A stretch of 64,000 nucleotides of DNA, taken from NCBI GenBank assembly GCA_964291285.2, contig OZ219789.1, positions 192,001-256,000 on the forward strand, in the 5' to 3' direction. Positions 11,248 through 20,653 of the stretch are shown here, one piece after another. Made by a program: the position numbers and the translations under genes. Origin of the DNA: Alphaproteobacteria bacterium. Its GTDB lineage: Bacteria > Pseudomonadota > Alphaproteobacteria > Bin95. The notes under the pieces were generated by a model. That model saw nothing but the letters and a program-made list of their open reading frames with translations, searched no databases and was not told the DNA's origin. The first letter of the stretch is position 1, and each line of letters opens with the position of its first letter.

Positions 11248-12396
11248 CTAGCCGGCGCCGGCGCCCGCACGTGTTTCCTCCAGCACCTGGTCCACCACGG
11301 CGTGCAGCGCCTCCCGATGGTCCGCCCCTTCGATCCGGCATAGCTCGTAGCGCTCAAGCTGCCGGTCCGCGGACGGGCCGTCATACAGGATCGCCGCAAT
11401 CCGGCGGAGGTCCTCCTCGCAGCCGAGGGCGCGGGCGTCCTCGGCAACATCCTCCACCAGCGCCTCGGCGCAGTCCGCGATATCGACCCGCCCACCGCCT
11501 TCCACGTCGCCGATAAAGGCAAGCGTTCCATAGCGTTGGGCCAGCCAGCAGTTCTCGGTGATGATCTCGGTCCGCGGCTCGGGCGGCAGCCCTTCACCCT
11601 CGTCCTGCCGCAACAGCCTCCGCAGCAGCGAGGCGTAGAGGGCGGCCAAGGCTATCGACTCGTCCATGCGCGGGCAGATGTCGCAACTCCGGAGTTCGAT
11701 CGTCGGATAGGCGTGGGAAGGACGGATATCCGTGCGCAACTCGCTGCTGTCCCGGATCGCGCCGATACGCCTGTACGCTTCCACCAGGCCGTCGAACTCG
11801 GCCTGCGAGCGGAACGGGCCGGGAAGGCCGGTGCGCGGGAGCGCCCCGATGATGATCGGCCGGTATGACTTGAAGCCGGTATAGCCGCCCGAGTTGAAGG
11901 GAGAGGACGCCGAGAGCGCGATGAACACCGGCAGATGGCGCCGGATCGCCGTCATCACGCGCAGGCGCGAGTCCGGACCGCCGAAGCCGGCATGAATGTG
12001 CATGCCGCCGACCAGGAAGCGGCGCACGGCTTCCTGCATCGCCATCTCGGCTTCGCGGTAGCGCGCCTTCGGCGTCACCTGCTGCTCCCGCCAGGCTGCG
12101 AAGGGGTGCGTCGAGGCCGCCATCGCCCGCGCGCCGTGCGCCTCCGCCGACTCGACCACCAGCCGGCGCGTTTCGGCAAGCGCCGTGCGCAGGTCCGCTA
12201 TCGAGGAGCAGACCCGCGTGTTGGTCTCGACCTGGGAGCGCAGCAGCTCCGGCACCACCGTATGCGGGCCGCTCTCGCGTTCGCAGCGTTCCATGATCCC
12301 CGGGTCGGGGTCGGCGATGATGTCGCGCGTGTCGGGATCGACCAGGAAGAACTCCTCCTCGATGCCGAACGTGAATGTCAGGCCGGAATCCGTCAT
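11248..12396 (-). CDS. ybdK: Carboxylate-amine ligase / glutamate-cysteine ligase family 2 (YbdK-like)
   Basis: TFGIEEEFFLVD, GMHIHAG, DIRPSHAYPTIELRSCD. Confidence 0.85.
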   Translation of the reverse strand: MTDSGLTFTFGIEEEFFLVDPDTRDIIADPDPGIMERCERESGPHTVVPELLRSQVETNTRVCSSIADLRTALAETRRLVVESAEAHGARAMAASTHPFAAWREQQVTPKARYREAEMAMQEAVRRFLVGGMHIHAGFGGPDSRLRVMTAIRRHLPVFIALSASSPFNSGGYTGFKSYRPIIIGALPRTGLPGPFRSQAEFDGLVEAYRRIGAIRDSSELRTDIRPSHAYPTIELRSCDICPRMDESIALAALYASLLRRLLRQDEGEGLPPEPRTEIITENCWLAQRYGTLAFIGDVEGGGRVDIADCAEALVEDVAEDARALGCEEDLRRIAAILYDGPSADRQLERYELCRIEGADHREALHAVVDQVLEETRAGAGAG

Positions 12397-12438
12397 CGAC
12401 CGTCCTCCCGCTGGCGGCAGCTTTACGACTCCCGGGTA

Positions 12439-13569
12439 CTACGGCAGCGGCGGCGTCATTTGAAGGGTGAGACATGCCTTCCGGGCATGCGTCCAGTCTT
12501 CCTCGCTCATAGCGGGTCGAACGCTCCGGCGTTCGGCGCTCCGGATATGCGCCAGACGCTCTTCGGTCGGGGGGTGGGTGGAGAGCATGCGGACCAGCAG
12601 CCCGTCCCCGTCCTTCTCCCGTTCCTTCAAGCGCGCAAAGAAATCCGCGAGTCCCTGCGTGCCGATTCCCGCAGCCTCCAGGCGCGCCAGGGCGAAAGCA
12701 TCCGCATCGCGCTCGGCGTCGCGCGAATAGCCGGTGTTGACCAGCCATTCCGCAAGCCCGCCGGCCAGGGTGCCGCCCGTCAGGTCGCCGAACAGCACGC
12801 CGACCAGGAGCGCTACGGCGAAGGACCGGTAGAGGGCGCGGGTGGAATGGTCGTGGGCGAGGTGGCCGAGCTCGTGCGCCGCGATGCCCGCGATTTCCTC
12901 CGCGCTGCCGGCATGGACCAGCAGCCCCCGGGTGAAGACCATGATTCCTCCTGGCAGCGCAAAGGCATTGACCAGGAGGGTATTCACCACGACCACCCGC
13001 ACCGTCGGCGGGTCCGGCAGGTCCGCGGCGAGACGGTCCGCAAGCCGTTGCAGCGCGGCCTGCCCGTCTTCCCAGGAGCAGAAGCGCTGGCGGCTTGCCG
13101 GCCCGGCCGGCCCCGGCAGCAGCTCGGCGACCTGCACGAGAACCGTCCGCCCCAGGCGGTATTTCGCGGAGTCCGGGGTGACGGCCGCAAGCTGCGCCGC
13201 CAGCAATGGAATAAGCACCAGCACGATCCCGGCAACCGACCCGGCGGCCAGCGCGGCCCAGACCGCAATCCGCGCGACCGCCCGTCCGGAGGTCCTTTGC
13301 CGGCTCCGGAGGCGCGGCGCCGCTTCGCCGAGTGCCGCCACTATGCCCGGATCCTCCACGACAAGCCGCGCCGTCGTGCCGGCCAGCCCGAGCCGCACCG
13401 GTTCGCCCGGCCTCGGCTTCTCGACCAGCCGGACGCGCTCGCCCGGCCAGGAGCCGACCACCGGCCCCGCCTCGTCGAAGATGGCGAGCCCGGTCGCCGC
13501 AATCTCCACCTCGACCGGCCGGGACCGCGCCGTCAGCCCGTCATAGTAGCGCGCCGGATACCGGGCCAT
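12439..13569 (-). CDS. M48 family zinc metallopeptidase
   Basis: VNAFALPGG, AHELGH (HExxH), SRDAERDAD, LSTHP; next to a YjgN-family gene. Confidence 0.88.
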   Translation of the reverse strand: MARYPARYYDGLTARSRPVEVEIAATGLAIFDEAGPVVGSWPGERVRLVEKPRPGEPVRLGLAGTTARLVVEDPGIVAALGEAAPRLRSRQRTSGRAVARIAVWAALAAGSVAGIVLVLIPLLAAQLAAVTPDSAKYRLGRTVLVQVAELLPGPAGPASRQRFCSWEDGQAALQRLADRLAADLPDPPTVRVVVVNTLLVNAFALPGGIMVFTRGLLVHAGSAEEIAGIAAHELGHLAHDHSTRALYRSFAVALLVGVLFGDLTGGTLAGGLAEWLVNTGYSRDAERDADAFALARLEAAGIGTQGLADFFARLKEREKDGDGLLVRMLSTHPPTEERLAHIRSAERRSVRPAMSEEDWTHARKACLTLQMTPPLP

Positions 13570-13572
13570 GCT

Positions 13573-14778
13573 TCAGAACCCGCCGACATCGAAGGCCTCC
13601 GCCGCCCCCTCGCCGTAGCCCGGCACGGCGGCGGAGGCCTGCAAGACCTCGTCCAAAGCCCCGGCGTTCGAGATGTCCAGCGTCTCGCAGGCATGCTTCA
13701 GCAGAGGGATGTCCAGGAACAGGACTCGGACTATTCCGGAGAACAGCAGCACTAACAGAGCCGGGACAAAGACAATCATAACGGCAATTACGCCTTCTAT
13801 CCCCCCGGTACTTACAGAGATAAACGCGATCAAAAATGCAATGGTCCCGAGCAATACACCCAACGCTAACATGACAAGGGAAAAGATAAAGAAGCGGCCA
13901 AAAACGAATTGGCTCCGGACCGCAGACGAAAAACCTGTACCGCCGACGGTCAGGCACCCTGCCATATGCCGGAATTCGACCACCCGGTACCAAATCCAGA
14001 GGAAAAAGCTCGTCAACAACAGAAACAGCGGCCAGTATGTCATGGAAGCGAAGACAATATCCGTTGTCTCATAAAGCTCCTGATCGATGAAGAACGCGAT
14101 CGTTTCGAGGTTTTCGAAATTCAGGATCGCAAAAAGCCCCAAAGCCCCGGCAAACGAACCAGGGACGGCTGCCCAGCGCCGAAGCAGCCAGACGGGATTC
14201 GGTGTAAGACCGAGACCCGCAGTGCCGAAATAGGCATGTTGCGCGAAGTAACGGAGAGTCGCGCTCCGCATCCAGGGATAGGCGAGCCCGAGCGTCGCCG
14301 CCGTCAGCAGGCCGTAGCCGAAGGCGATGCGCGCATAGGCGAGCGACGAGCCGCCGAGCCCGAAACGCACGCCGCGCCAGGCCGTGCGTGTCAGCCGGTA
14401 GCGGCGCATGCGGTAGATGGCGATCTGGATCAGGAAGAACAGCACCAGATAGTAGAGCACTTCGAGCGCGAGCAGCGCATGGCCCGGTCCGTCCGCGAAC
14501 AGGAATTGCAGCAGCGAGTAGGCAGCGAACACGGGCAGCAGCACGGCGACGGCGATCAGGAAGCCGATGAACAGCTCGCCGCCCGTGCCGAGATATTCGA
14601 GCGCGTCGTCCAGCAGCGCCGTATGGCGCCAGACGAACCGCCGGACATGCGTGCGCCCCCAGAAGCGGTAGATGCCGAGCGTCAGGATCGAGAAGAGGAG
14701 ATTACGGAACAAAAGCCCCGCCAGCGGGCCCCGCCGGCCCTTGAACCGCGCCGCCTGCCCCGGTATGCCGTCCGCCAT
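13573..14778 (-). CDS. yjgN: YjgN/DUF898 family inner-membrane protein
   Basis: LTLGIYRFW, YLGTGGELFIGF, TRTAWRGVRF, TLGLAYPW, GEGAAEAFDVG end. Confidence 0.85.
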   Translation of the reverse strand: MADGIPGQAARFKGRRGPLAGLLFRNLLFSILTLGIYRFWGRTHVRRFVWRHTALLDDALEYLGTGGELFIGFLIAVAVLLPVFAAYSLLQFLFADGPGHALLALEVLYYLVLFFLIQIAIYRMRRYRLTRTAWRGVRFGLGGSSLAYARIAFGYGLLTAATLGLAYPWMRSATLRYFAQHAYFGTAGLGLTPNPVWLLRRWAAVPGSFAGALGLFAILNFENLETIAFFIDQELYETTDIVFASMTYWPLFLLLTSFFLWIWYRVVEFRHMAGCLTVGGTGFSSAVRSQFVFGRFFIFSLVMLALGVLLGTIAFLIAFISVSTGGIEGVIAVMIVFVPALLVLLFSGIVRVLFLDIPLLKHACETLDISNAGALDEVLQASAAVPGYGEGAAEAFDVGGF

Positions 14779-14870
14779 CCGCCCTGCTCTCCGGTCCTGC
14801 AACTCCCCCGGAGCCGCTATAGCATGAGCCGGCGGCGCCCCGTAAGCTGGCGGGCCGTTGCGAGGCAGGA

Positions 14871-15512
14871 TTGGAAGGCGACGAAACCGTGAGCGCAGTC
14901 GCATCCGGCGGAAAGAGCTTCTACGGCGCCCGGCTCGGGCTGCTGGTGCGCCGGACGCGCTTTCCCCGGCTGCCCGGCGACCCGGCCAATGCCCGCAGTT
15001 TCCCTTTCAGCCTGCGCTACGCCGTGCTGGAGCAGGCCGACCGGGAGACGGCGCTGGAAGCCGCCGAACGCCTGCTGGACGAGGGCGCGGAAGGCATCGG
15101 CCTCGCCTTCAACGCGGAATTCGACCTTGCGGACGCACTCGATGCGCCCTTCGCCGGCAGGCTCGCGGCGCAGCGCAGCCTCGTCGAAGCCATGCTCCCG
15201 CCCGACGCCGAGGTCGGCGTGCTGGCTTTCTCCGGAGACAATGACAGGATCGCGGCGCCCGGCTATCTCGCCGACGCCGTGGCGGCGGACGAGGACAGGC
15301 TCGATGTGGAGCGCGCGCGGAACAGCCTCCTGGATGCGGCGACGCAGGCCGCGTCCAACCGGCCCGCCATCGCCGCCTGGCTGCTGGACGAGCCGGAGAT
15401 GGGCCCCTTCGCAGCCGATGTCCGCGCCGCCACCGCCCGGCCCGTCTATGACCGGACCCGCTTCCTCGCCTGGTTCCACGCCAGCCTCGCGCCGAGGGCG
15501 TTCCCGCGATGA
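14871..15512 (+). CDS. Asp/Glu racemase-like protein lacking the catalytic cysteines
   Basis: FPRLPGDPANARSFPF aligns with the neighbour's FPRVPGDMGNGDTWPF; contains no Cys; stop overlaps the next ATG; start may be GTG ~14889. Confidence 0.65.
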   Translation: MEGDETVSAVASGGKSFYGARLGLLVRRTRFPRLPGDPANARSFPFSLRYAVLEQADRETALEAAERLLDEGAEGIGLAFNAEFDLADALDAPFAGRLAAQRSLVEAMLPPDAEVGVLAFSGDNDRIAAPGYLADAVAADEDRLDVERARNSLLDAATQAASNRPAIAAWLLDEPEMGPFAADVRAATARPVYDRTRFLAWFHASLAPRAFPR

Positions 15513-16219
15513 CGGTCGCGCTCGGAGGCGCGCCCACAGGCGGGGCGGCGCTCGGCATCCTCATGCTGGACGCCCGCTTCCCGCGCGTGCCGGGCGACAT
15601 GGGCAATGGCGACACCTGGCCCTTCCCGGTGCTCTACGAGATCGTGCGGGGCGCCACGCCGGAGCGGGTAGTGCGCCGCCGCGCCGAAGGGCTGGACGGC
15701 GACTTCCTCGACGCCGCCCGGCGGCTGGTGGACCGCGGCTCAACGGCGCTCACCACGGTTTGCGGCTTCCTGTCGCTCTTCCAGTCCGAACTCGCCGCCC
15801 ATGCCGGCGTGCCGGTCGCCTCATCGACCCTGATGCAGGTGCCGGCGCTGGACGGGATGCTCCCGCCCGGCAAACGCACGGGCGTCATTACGGTCAGCCA
15901 CGAGAGCCTTTGGGACGACCACTTCACCGCCGTCGGCGCGCCGGCCGACACGCCGGTCGAGGGCACCGAAGGCGGGCGCGAACTCACCCGCGTGCTGATC
16001 GGCAACCGGCCCTGGCTCGACATGGGCGCCGCCGAAGCCGATGTCACGGCCGCCGCCCGCCGCCTCACGGCGCGCTGCCCGGAGGTCGGCGCCATCGTGC
16101 TCGAATGCGCCAACATGGCCCCCTACGCCGCCGCCGTCCGCCGCGAGACGGGCTTGCCCGTCCACGACATCTACAGCTTCATCACCTGGGTGCATTCCGG
16201 CTTCGCCGACGCGCGGTAG
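15509..16219 (+). CDS. Aspartate/glutamate racemase family protein
   Basis: FPRVPGDMGN, TTVCGF and LECANM catalytic Cys motifs. Confidence 0.82.
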   Translation: MTVALGGAPTGGAALGILMLDARFPRVPGDMGNGDTWPFPVLYEIVRGATPERVVRRRAEGLDGDFLDAARRLVDRGSTALTTVCGFLSLFQSELAAHAGVPVASSTLMQVPALDGMLPPGKRTGVITVSHESLWDDHFTAVGAPADTPVEGTEGGRELTRVLIGNRPWLDMGAAEADVTAAARRLTARCPEVGAIVLECANMAPYAAAVRRETGLPVHDIYSFITWVHSGFADAR

Positions 16220-16233
16220 ACGGCCAGCGGCTC

Positions 16234-17298
16234 CTATCCCCCGGAAATACCGGCGACCACCCTGTCGGCGAAGGCGCGCGTGCCGAGCGGGCCGCCGAGG
16301 TCCGGCGTGCGCGTCTCCGGCGAGGCGAGCAGCGTCTCGACGGTCCGTTCCAGCACCCGCGAGGCTTCCATGAGCGTGTTGTTCTGCTCCCGCACCCCCT
16401 TCCAGGCGAGCAGCTGGGCCGTCGAGAACAGGAGCGCGCTCGGGTTGGCCTCGTCCCTGCCGGCGATGTCGGGCGCGCTGCCGTGCGCGGCCTGCGCCAC
16501 CGCCACCCGGTCGCCCGCATTGATCGAGCCGCCGAGCCCGAGGCCGCCCGAAAGCTCGGCGGCGAGGTTGGACAGTATGTCGCCGAACATGTTGGTGCAG
16601 AGCAGCACGTCGAAGCGCTCGGGCTCGCGCACGAGCAGCGCCGCCGCCGCGTCCACATGCACATCGTCCGCCTCGACGTCGGGCCATTCAGCGGCAACGT
16701 CGTATGCCACGCGCTCGAACAGCCCGTCCGTGTGTTTCAGCACGTTCGACTTGTGGACGATCGTGACCTTGCGCCGCCGGTCGCGCGCCGCTGCAAAGGC
16801 CGCGCGCGCAATACGCTCCGAGCCCTTGCGGGTGATCTTGCGGACCGCGAGCCCCACATCCTCGGTCGCCATGAACTCGCCCGTCCCCGCAAACATGTTG
16901 CGGTCGGCGTAGAAGCCCTCGGTGTTCTCGCGCGCGACCAGCAGGTCCATGCCGGGCGCGAGCGCCGGCACGCCCTCGAGCGCCCGGCTCGGACGCATGT
17001 TGGCGTAGAGTTCCAGCCGCGTGCGGACGGCGGCGCTCGGATTGACGCCGCCCTCCTCCGGCGGCGGGTAGGCCGCCGTATCGACCGGGCCGAGGATCGT
17101 CAGATCCGCCGCGCGCACCGCCGCCTCTGCGGCATCCGGCCACGTCGTCCCGTCCCGTTCCAGCGCATCCAGGCCGACGCGGCCTTCCGAGAGTTGCAAT
17201 CCGAGCGCGAAGCGGGCGTCCAGCGCCTCCAGCGCCCGCCTTGCCGCCGCCGCGATCTCGGGACCGATGCCGTCGCCCGGAAGGATCAGAACCTGCAT
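16234..17298 (-). CDS. Isocitrate/isopropylmalate/tartrate dehydrogenase family protein
   Basis: LPGDGIGPEI, RENTEG, HKSNV, NMFGDILS, HGSAPDIAG, TPDLGG. Confidence 0.9.
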   Translation of the reverse strand: MQVLILPGDGIGPEIAAAARRALEALDARFALGLQLSEGRVGLDALERDGTTWPDAAEAAVRAADLTILGPVDTAAYPPPEEGGVNPSAAVRTRLELYANMRPSRALEGVPALAPGMDLLVARENTEGFYADRNMFAGTGEFMATEDVGLAVRKITRKGSERIARAAFAAARDRRRKVTIVHKSNVLKHTDGLFERVAYDVAAEWPDVEADDVHVDAAAALLVREPERFDVLLCTNMFGDILSNLAAELSGGLGLGGSINAGDRVAVAQAAHGSAPDIAGRDEANPSALLFSTAQLLAWKGVREQNNTLMEASRVLERTVETLLASPETRTPDLGGPLGTRAFADRVVAGISGG

Positions 17299-17386
17299 TG
17301 GAGCTTTGCCTCCTGCGCCAATTGATTTCCTGCGCCGCTCGCCTATGGTCCGGCGCCCACTCAGGCAAGAGAGGAGTTCCCTGCCA

Positions 17387-18685
17387 GTGTCAAGCAACCG
17401 CAGCCTGCATCCGGAGACCGTCGTGCTCCATGCAGGCCACCGGGGCGACCCCAATACCGGTTCGGTCGCCGTCCCGATCCACCAGACCACGTCCTACCAG
17501 TTCCGGGATACCGAGCACGCCGCGAACCTGTTCGCGCTCTCCGAGCTCGGCAATATCTACACCCGGATCATGAATCCGACCCAGGCCGTGTTCGAGGATC
17601 GAATGACGGCGCTCGAAGGAGGGGTGGCGGCGCTGGCGCTGGCCTCGGGCCAGGCGGCGACGGCGTTCTCGCTCCAGAACCTCGCCCATGCCGGCGACAA
17701 TGTGGTGAGCTCGACCGACCTCTACGGCGGCACCTGGAACCTGTTCGCCAACACGCTGAAGGACCAGGGCATCGAGGTGCGCTTCGTCGATCCGGCCGAC
17801 CCGGAGAGCTTCCGCCGCGCCATCGACGACCGGACGCGCGCCTTCTATGCCGAGACGCTGCCGAACCCGAAGCTCGAAGTCTTCCCGATCAGGGAAGTCG
17901 CCGATATCGGGCGCGAATACGGCATCCCGCTCATCATGGACAACACGGCGGCGCCGCTGATCTGCCGGCCCTTCGACCACGGGGCGGCGGTCGTCATGTA
18001 TTCGACGACGAAATATATCGGCGGGCACGGCACCTCCATCGGCGGCCTGCTCATCGACGGCGGCAATTTCGACTGGGAGGCGTTCCCGGAGCGCCAGCCC
18101 TATCTGAACCGGCCGGACCCGAGCTACCACGGCGCGGTCTGGACGGAGGCGGTCAAGCCGCTCGGCCCCATCGCCTACATCATCAAGGCCCGGACGACGC
18201 TCTTGCGCGACCTCGGCGCGGCGACCACGCCGATGAACGCCTTCCTGTTCCTGCAGGGGCTGGAGACGCTACCGTTGCGCATGGAGCGGCACAACAGCAA
18301 TGCCGCGGCCGTCGCCGAATATCTCAACGGCCATCCGAAGGTCGCGAAGACGATCTATCCGGGGCTGATGGACGGAGAGGCGCGGCGCCGCGCGGACGCC
18401 TATCTCGCGGGCGGCTACGGCGCGCTGGTCGGCTTCGAACTCGCGGGCGGCCGCGAGGCCGGGCGGGCGTTCATCGACGCGCTGGAGCTGTTCTTCCATG
18501 TCGCCAATATCGGCGACGCGCGCAGCCTCGCCATCCACCCGGCGACCACCACCCATTCGCAGCTCTCGGAGGAGGAGCAGGCGGCCACCGGCGTCACATC
18601 CGGCTATGTCCGCCTCGCCATCGGCCTGGAGCATATCGACGACATCCTCGCCGACCTCGACCAGGCGCTGGCCGCAGCGGGCTGA
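17387..18685 (+). CDS. metY: O-acetylhomoserine aminocarboxypropyltransferase (sulfhydrylase)
   Basis: GAGGAG RBS then GTG; PIHQTTSY, GNIYTRIMNPT, STTKYIGGHG (PLP Lys), ANIGDARSLAIHPA. Confidence 0.9.
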   Translation: MSSNRSLHPETVVLHAGHRGDPNTGSVAVPIHQTTSYQFRDTEHAANLFALSELGNIYTRIMNPTQAVFEDRMTALEGGVAALALASGQAATAFSLQNLAHAGDNVVSSTDLYGGTWNLFANTLKDQGIEVRFVDPADPESFRRAIDDRTRAFYAETLPNPKLEVFPIREVADIGREYGIPLIMDNTAAPLICRPFDHGAAVVMYSTTKYIGGHGTSIGGLLIDGGNFDWEAFPERQPYLNRPDPSYHGAVWTEAVKPLGPIAYIIKARTTLLRDLGAATTPMNAFLFLQGLETLPLRMERHNSNAAAVAEYLNGHPKVAKTIYPGLMDGEARRRADAYLAGGYGALVGFELAGGREAGRAFIDALELFFHVANIGDARSLAIHPATTTHSQLSEEEQAATGVTSGYVRLAIGLEHIDDILADLDQALAAAG

Positions 18686-18823
18686 GGCGGGTCAATCGAT
18701 TGCGCTTCGACGGGGCCGCGCCTTGCACGGGCGCGGTCCCGCTTCCTTGCGAACAAAAGCCGCTGTGCCGCGTCAAAATATTATCTCTTCTCGTTATTAT
18801 CGTATGCCGTTACGATAGGCCGA

Positions 18824-19102
18824 ATGCAACTGTTCAAGGACAAAACGACAGCCGATGTCTTCGCCGGAAGGAGCGTCCGAAGGCTCCCACCGACGATCCT
18901 GCGCCGAGCCAGGATGCGCCTTCAGCGGGTGGTTGCGGCACAGAAGCTCTCGGACCTCCGGAATCCTCCTTCGCACCGCCTTGAAGCGTTGTCCGGGAAC
19001 CGCAATGGGTTCCACAGCATACGGATCAACGATCAGTGGCGAGTGTGCTTTCGCTGGACGGAGAACGGAGCCACTGACATCGAGATCGTCGATTACCACT
19101 GA
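18824..19102 (+). CDS. higB: HigB (RelE/ParE family) toxin
   Basis: DLRNPPSHRLEALSGNR, HSIRINDQWRVCFRW, EIVDYH. Confidence 0.9.
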   Translation: MQLFKDKTTADVFAGRSVRRLPPTILRRARMRLQRVVAAQKLSDLRNPPSHRLEALSGNRNGFHSIRINDQWRVCFRWTENGATDIEIVDYH

Positions 19103-19120
19103 AGCGCACCGGAGCCGCCC

Positions 19121-19399
19121 ATGACAGTTCCAATTCACCCCGGAGAACACCTTGCGGAGTTCCTCGACGAGCTCGGCGTCAGCCAATACCGCCTGGCCAA
19201 GACGATCGGCGTCGCACCGCGGCGGATAAACGAGATCGTGCTCGGGCGCAGGTCGGTAACGGCCGACACGGCCCTGCGCGTAGGCAAAGCCCTCGGCACG
19301 ACACCCGAATTCTGGCTGAACCTGCAGGCTGCCTATGATCTCGATTGCGCGCGGAATTCGGTCAGCACCGATTCCATCGAATCCCTGGTCGCGGCTTAG
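19121..19399 (+). CDS. higA: HigA (VapI-like) HTH antitoxin
   Basis: PIHPGEHL, RRINEIV, TADTALR, EFWLNLQ. Confidence 0.9.
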   Translation: MTVPIHPGEHLAEFLDELGVSQYRLAKTIGVAPRRINEIVLGRRSVTADTALRVGKALGTTPEFWLNLQAAYDLDCARNSVSTDSIESLVAA

Positions 19400-19411
19400 G
19401 ACGCGAGCCGC

Positions 19412-20239
19412 CTAGAACCCGTACATCTCGCCCGCCTTGCTACGGGCGCCGGAGTGCTCCATCAGGAAGGCGCGGAGCGCGGTGTTGAAGCCGAGCGAGT
19501 CCTCGATGTTCGAGAGATGGCGCGCACGCGGCAGCACCAGCAGGTCTGCAGAGGGGATCCTGGCCGCGATCACCTCATGCGCGGAAACCGGCGTGCCGGG
19601 GTCGTTCTCGCCGACGATGGCGAGCGTCGGCACATGGATCGCGTGCAGCCGGTCGGTCAGGTCCAGCTGCGAGATGGCCGCCGCACAGCCCTTGTAGCCG
19701 GCAAGCGGGGTCGAGCGGATCATGGCGCGCACCGCGTCCACCTCCTTGCCGTGATGCTCGCAGAACTCCGGCGAGAACCAGCGGTCGATGGTGGCCTCGA
19801 CCATGGACTCCATGCCGTTCTCCTCCGCGGCCGCGATGCGCTCCTGCCATTGCTGGCGGGCCTCGGCGTCGTAGCGGCTGGAAGTGTCGCAGAGGATCAG
19901 CCCGCGCAGCAGGTCCGGGCGCTTGAGCGCGAGCGTCTGCGCGGTCATCCCGCCCATCGAGAGCCCGCAGAACACCGTCTTTTCGATGCCCAGCTCTTCC
20001 AGCAGCGCGATGGCGTCGTCGGCCAGCATCTCCAGCGTGTAGGGGCCTTCGGGAGCCGCCGAGGCGCCGTGGCCGCGCGTGTCGTAGCGGAGCACGCAAT
20101 AGTCCCGGAGCGCGGGCATCTGCGCGTCCCACATGCGGTGGCTCGCCATCAGCGAGTGCGACAGCGTCACCACCGGGCGGGTTTGCGGGCCCTCGAGGGA
20201 ATAGAAGATCTCGGTGCCGTTGACATGGGCGGTCGGCAT
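19412..20239 (-). CDS. pcaD: 3-oxoadipate enol-lactonase-like alpha/beta hydrolase
   Basis: LRYDTRGHG, GLSMGG nucleophile elbow, RWFS, ARHLSNIE. Confidence 0.78.
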   Translation of the reverse strand: MPTAHVNGTEIFYSLEGPQTRPVVTLSHSLMASHRMWDAQMPALRDYCVLRYDTRGHGASAAPEGPYTLEMLADDAIALLEELGIEKTVFCGLSMGGMTAQTLALKRPDLLRGLILCDTSSRYDAEARQQWQERIAAAEENGMESMVEATIDRWFSPEFCEHHGKEVDAVRAMIRSTPLAGYKGCAAAISQLDLTDRLHAIHVPTLAIVGENDPGTPVSAHEVIAARIPSADLLVLPRARHLSNIEDSLGFNTALRAFLMEHSGARSKAGEMYGF

Positions 20240-20278
20240 GATGCGCGTTCTCCTCCACGCGGAAACGGGGCGGCCGTG

Positions 20279-20653
20279 TCAGCGGCCTCCGGGCGCCGGG
20301 CCGGCCTGGTGGAGCGCCATCCGCCAGACGCCGTCTTCCAGCACGAACCCGTTGGTCGCCACCAGAACGCCGCCGGACAGCCGCTCCACGCAGCTTACCA
20401 GAGCGAAACCGTCATAGCACAGCGCGTTCGGCGAGAGGCAGACGATGGCCGGCCGCGTCGGCGCGCCCAGGATCGCGTCCCAGCTCGCGAGCACGGCTTC
20501 GCGCCCGATGATCGCCGCGCCGCCCGGATGGACGCAGACGACGGGTGCGCGTTCGGCCCAGAGCCGGCGCATCGCCTCGCGGTCGCCGTCGTCGAAGGCG
20601 CGGTAGAACGCCTCGTTCGCGGCAAGCGCCTCGTCTTCGTGCATGGCCGTCAT
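20279..20653 (-). CDS. SnoaL/NTF2-like protein
   Basis: ANEAFYRAF, CVHPG, ATNGFVLEDGVWRMALHQAGP; ATGA overlap with the MFS stop. Confidence 0.8.
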   Translation of the reverse strand: MTAMHEDEALAANEAFYRAFDDGDREAMRRLWAERAPVVCVHPGGAAIIGREAVLASWDAILGAPTRPAIVCLSPNALCYDGFALVSCVERLSGGVLVATNGFVLEDGVWRMALHQAGPAPGGR

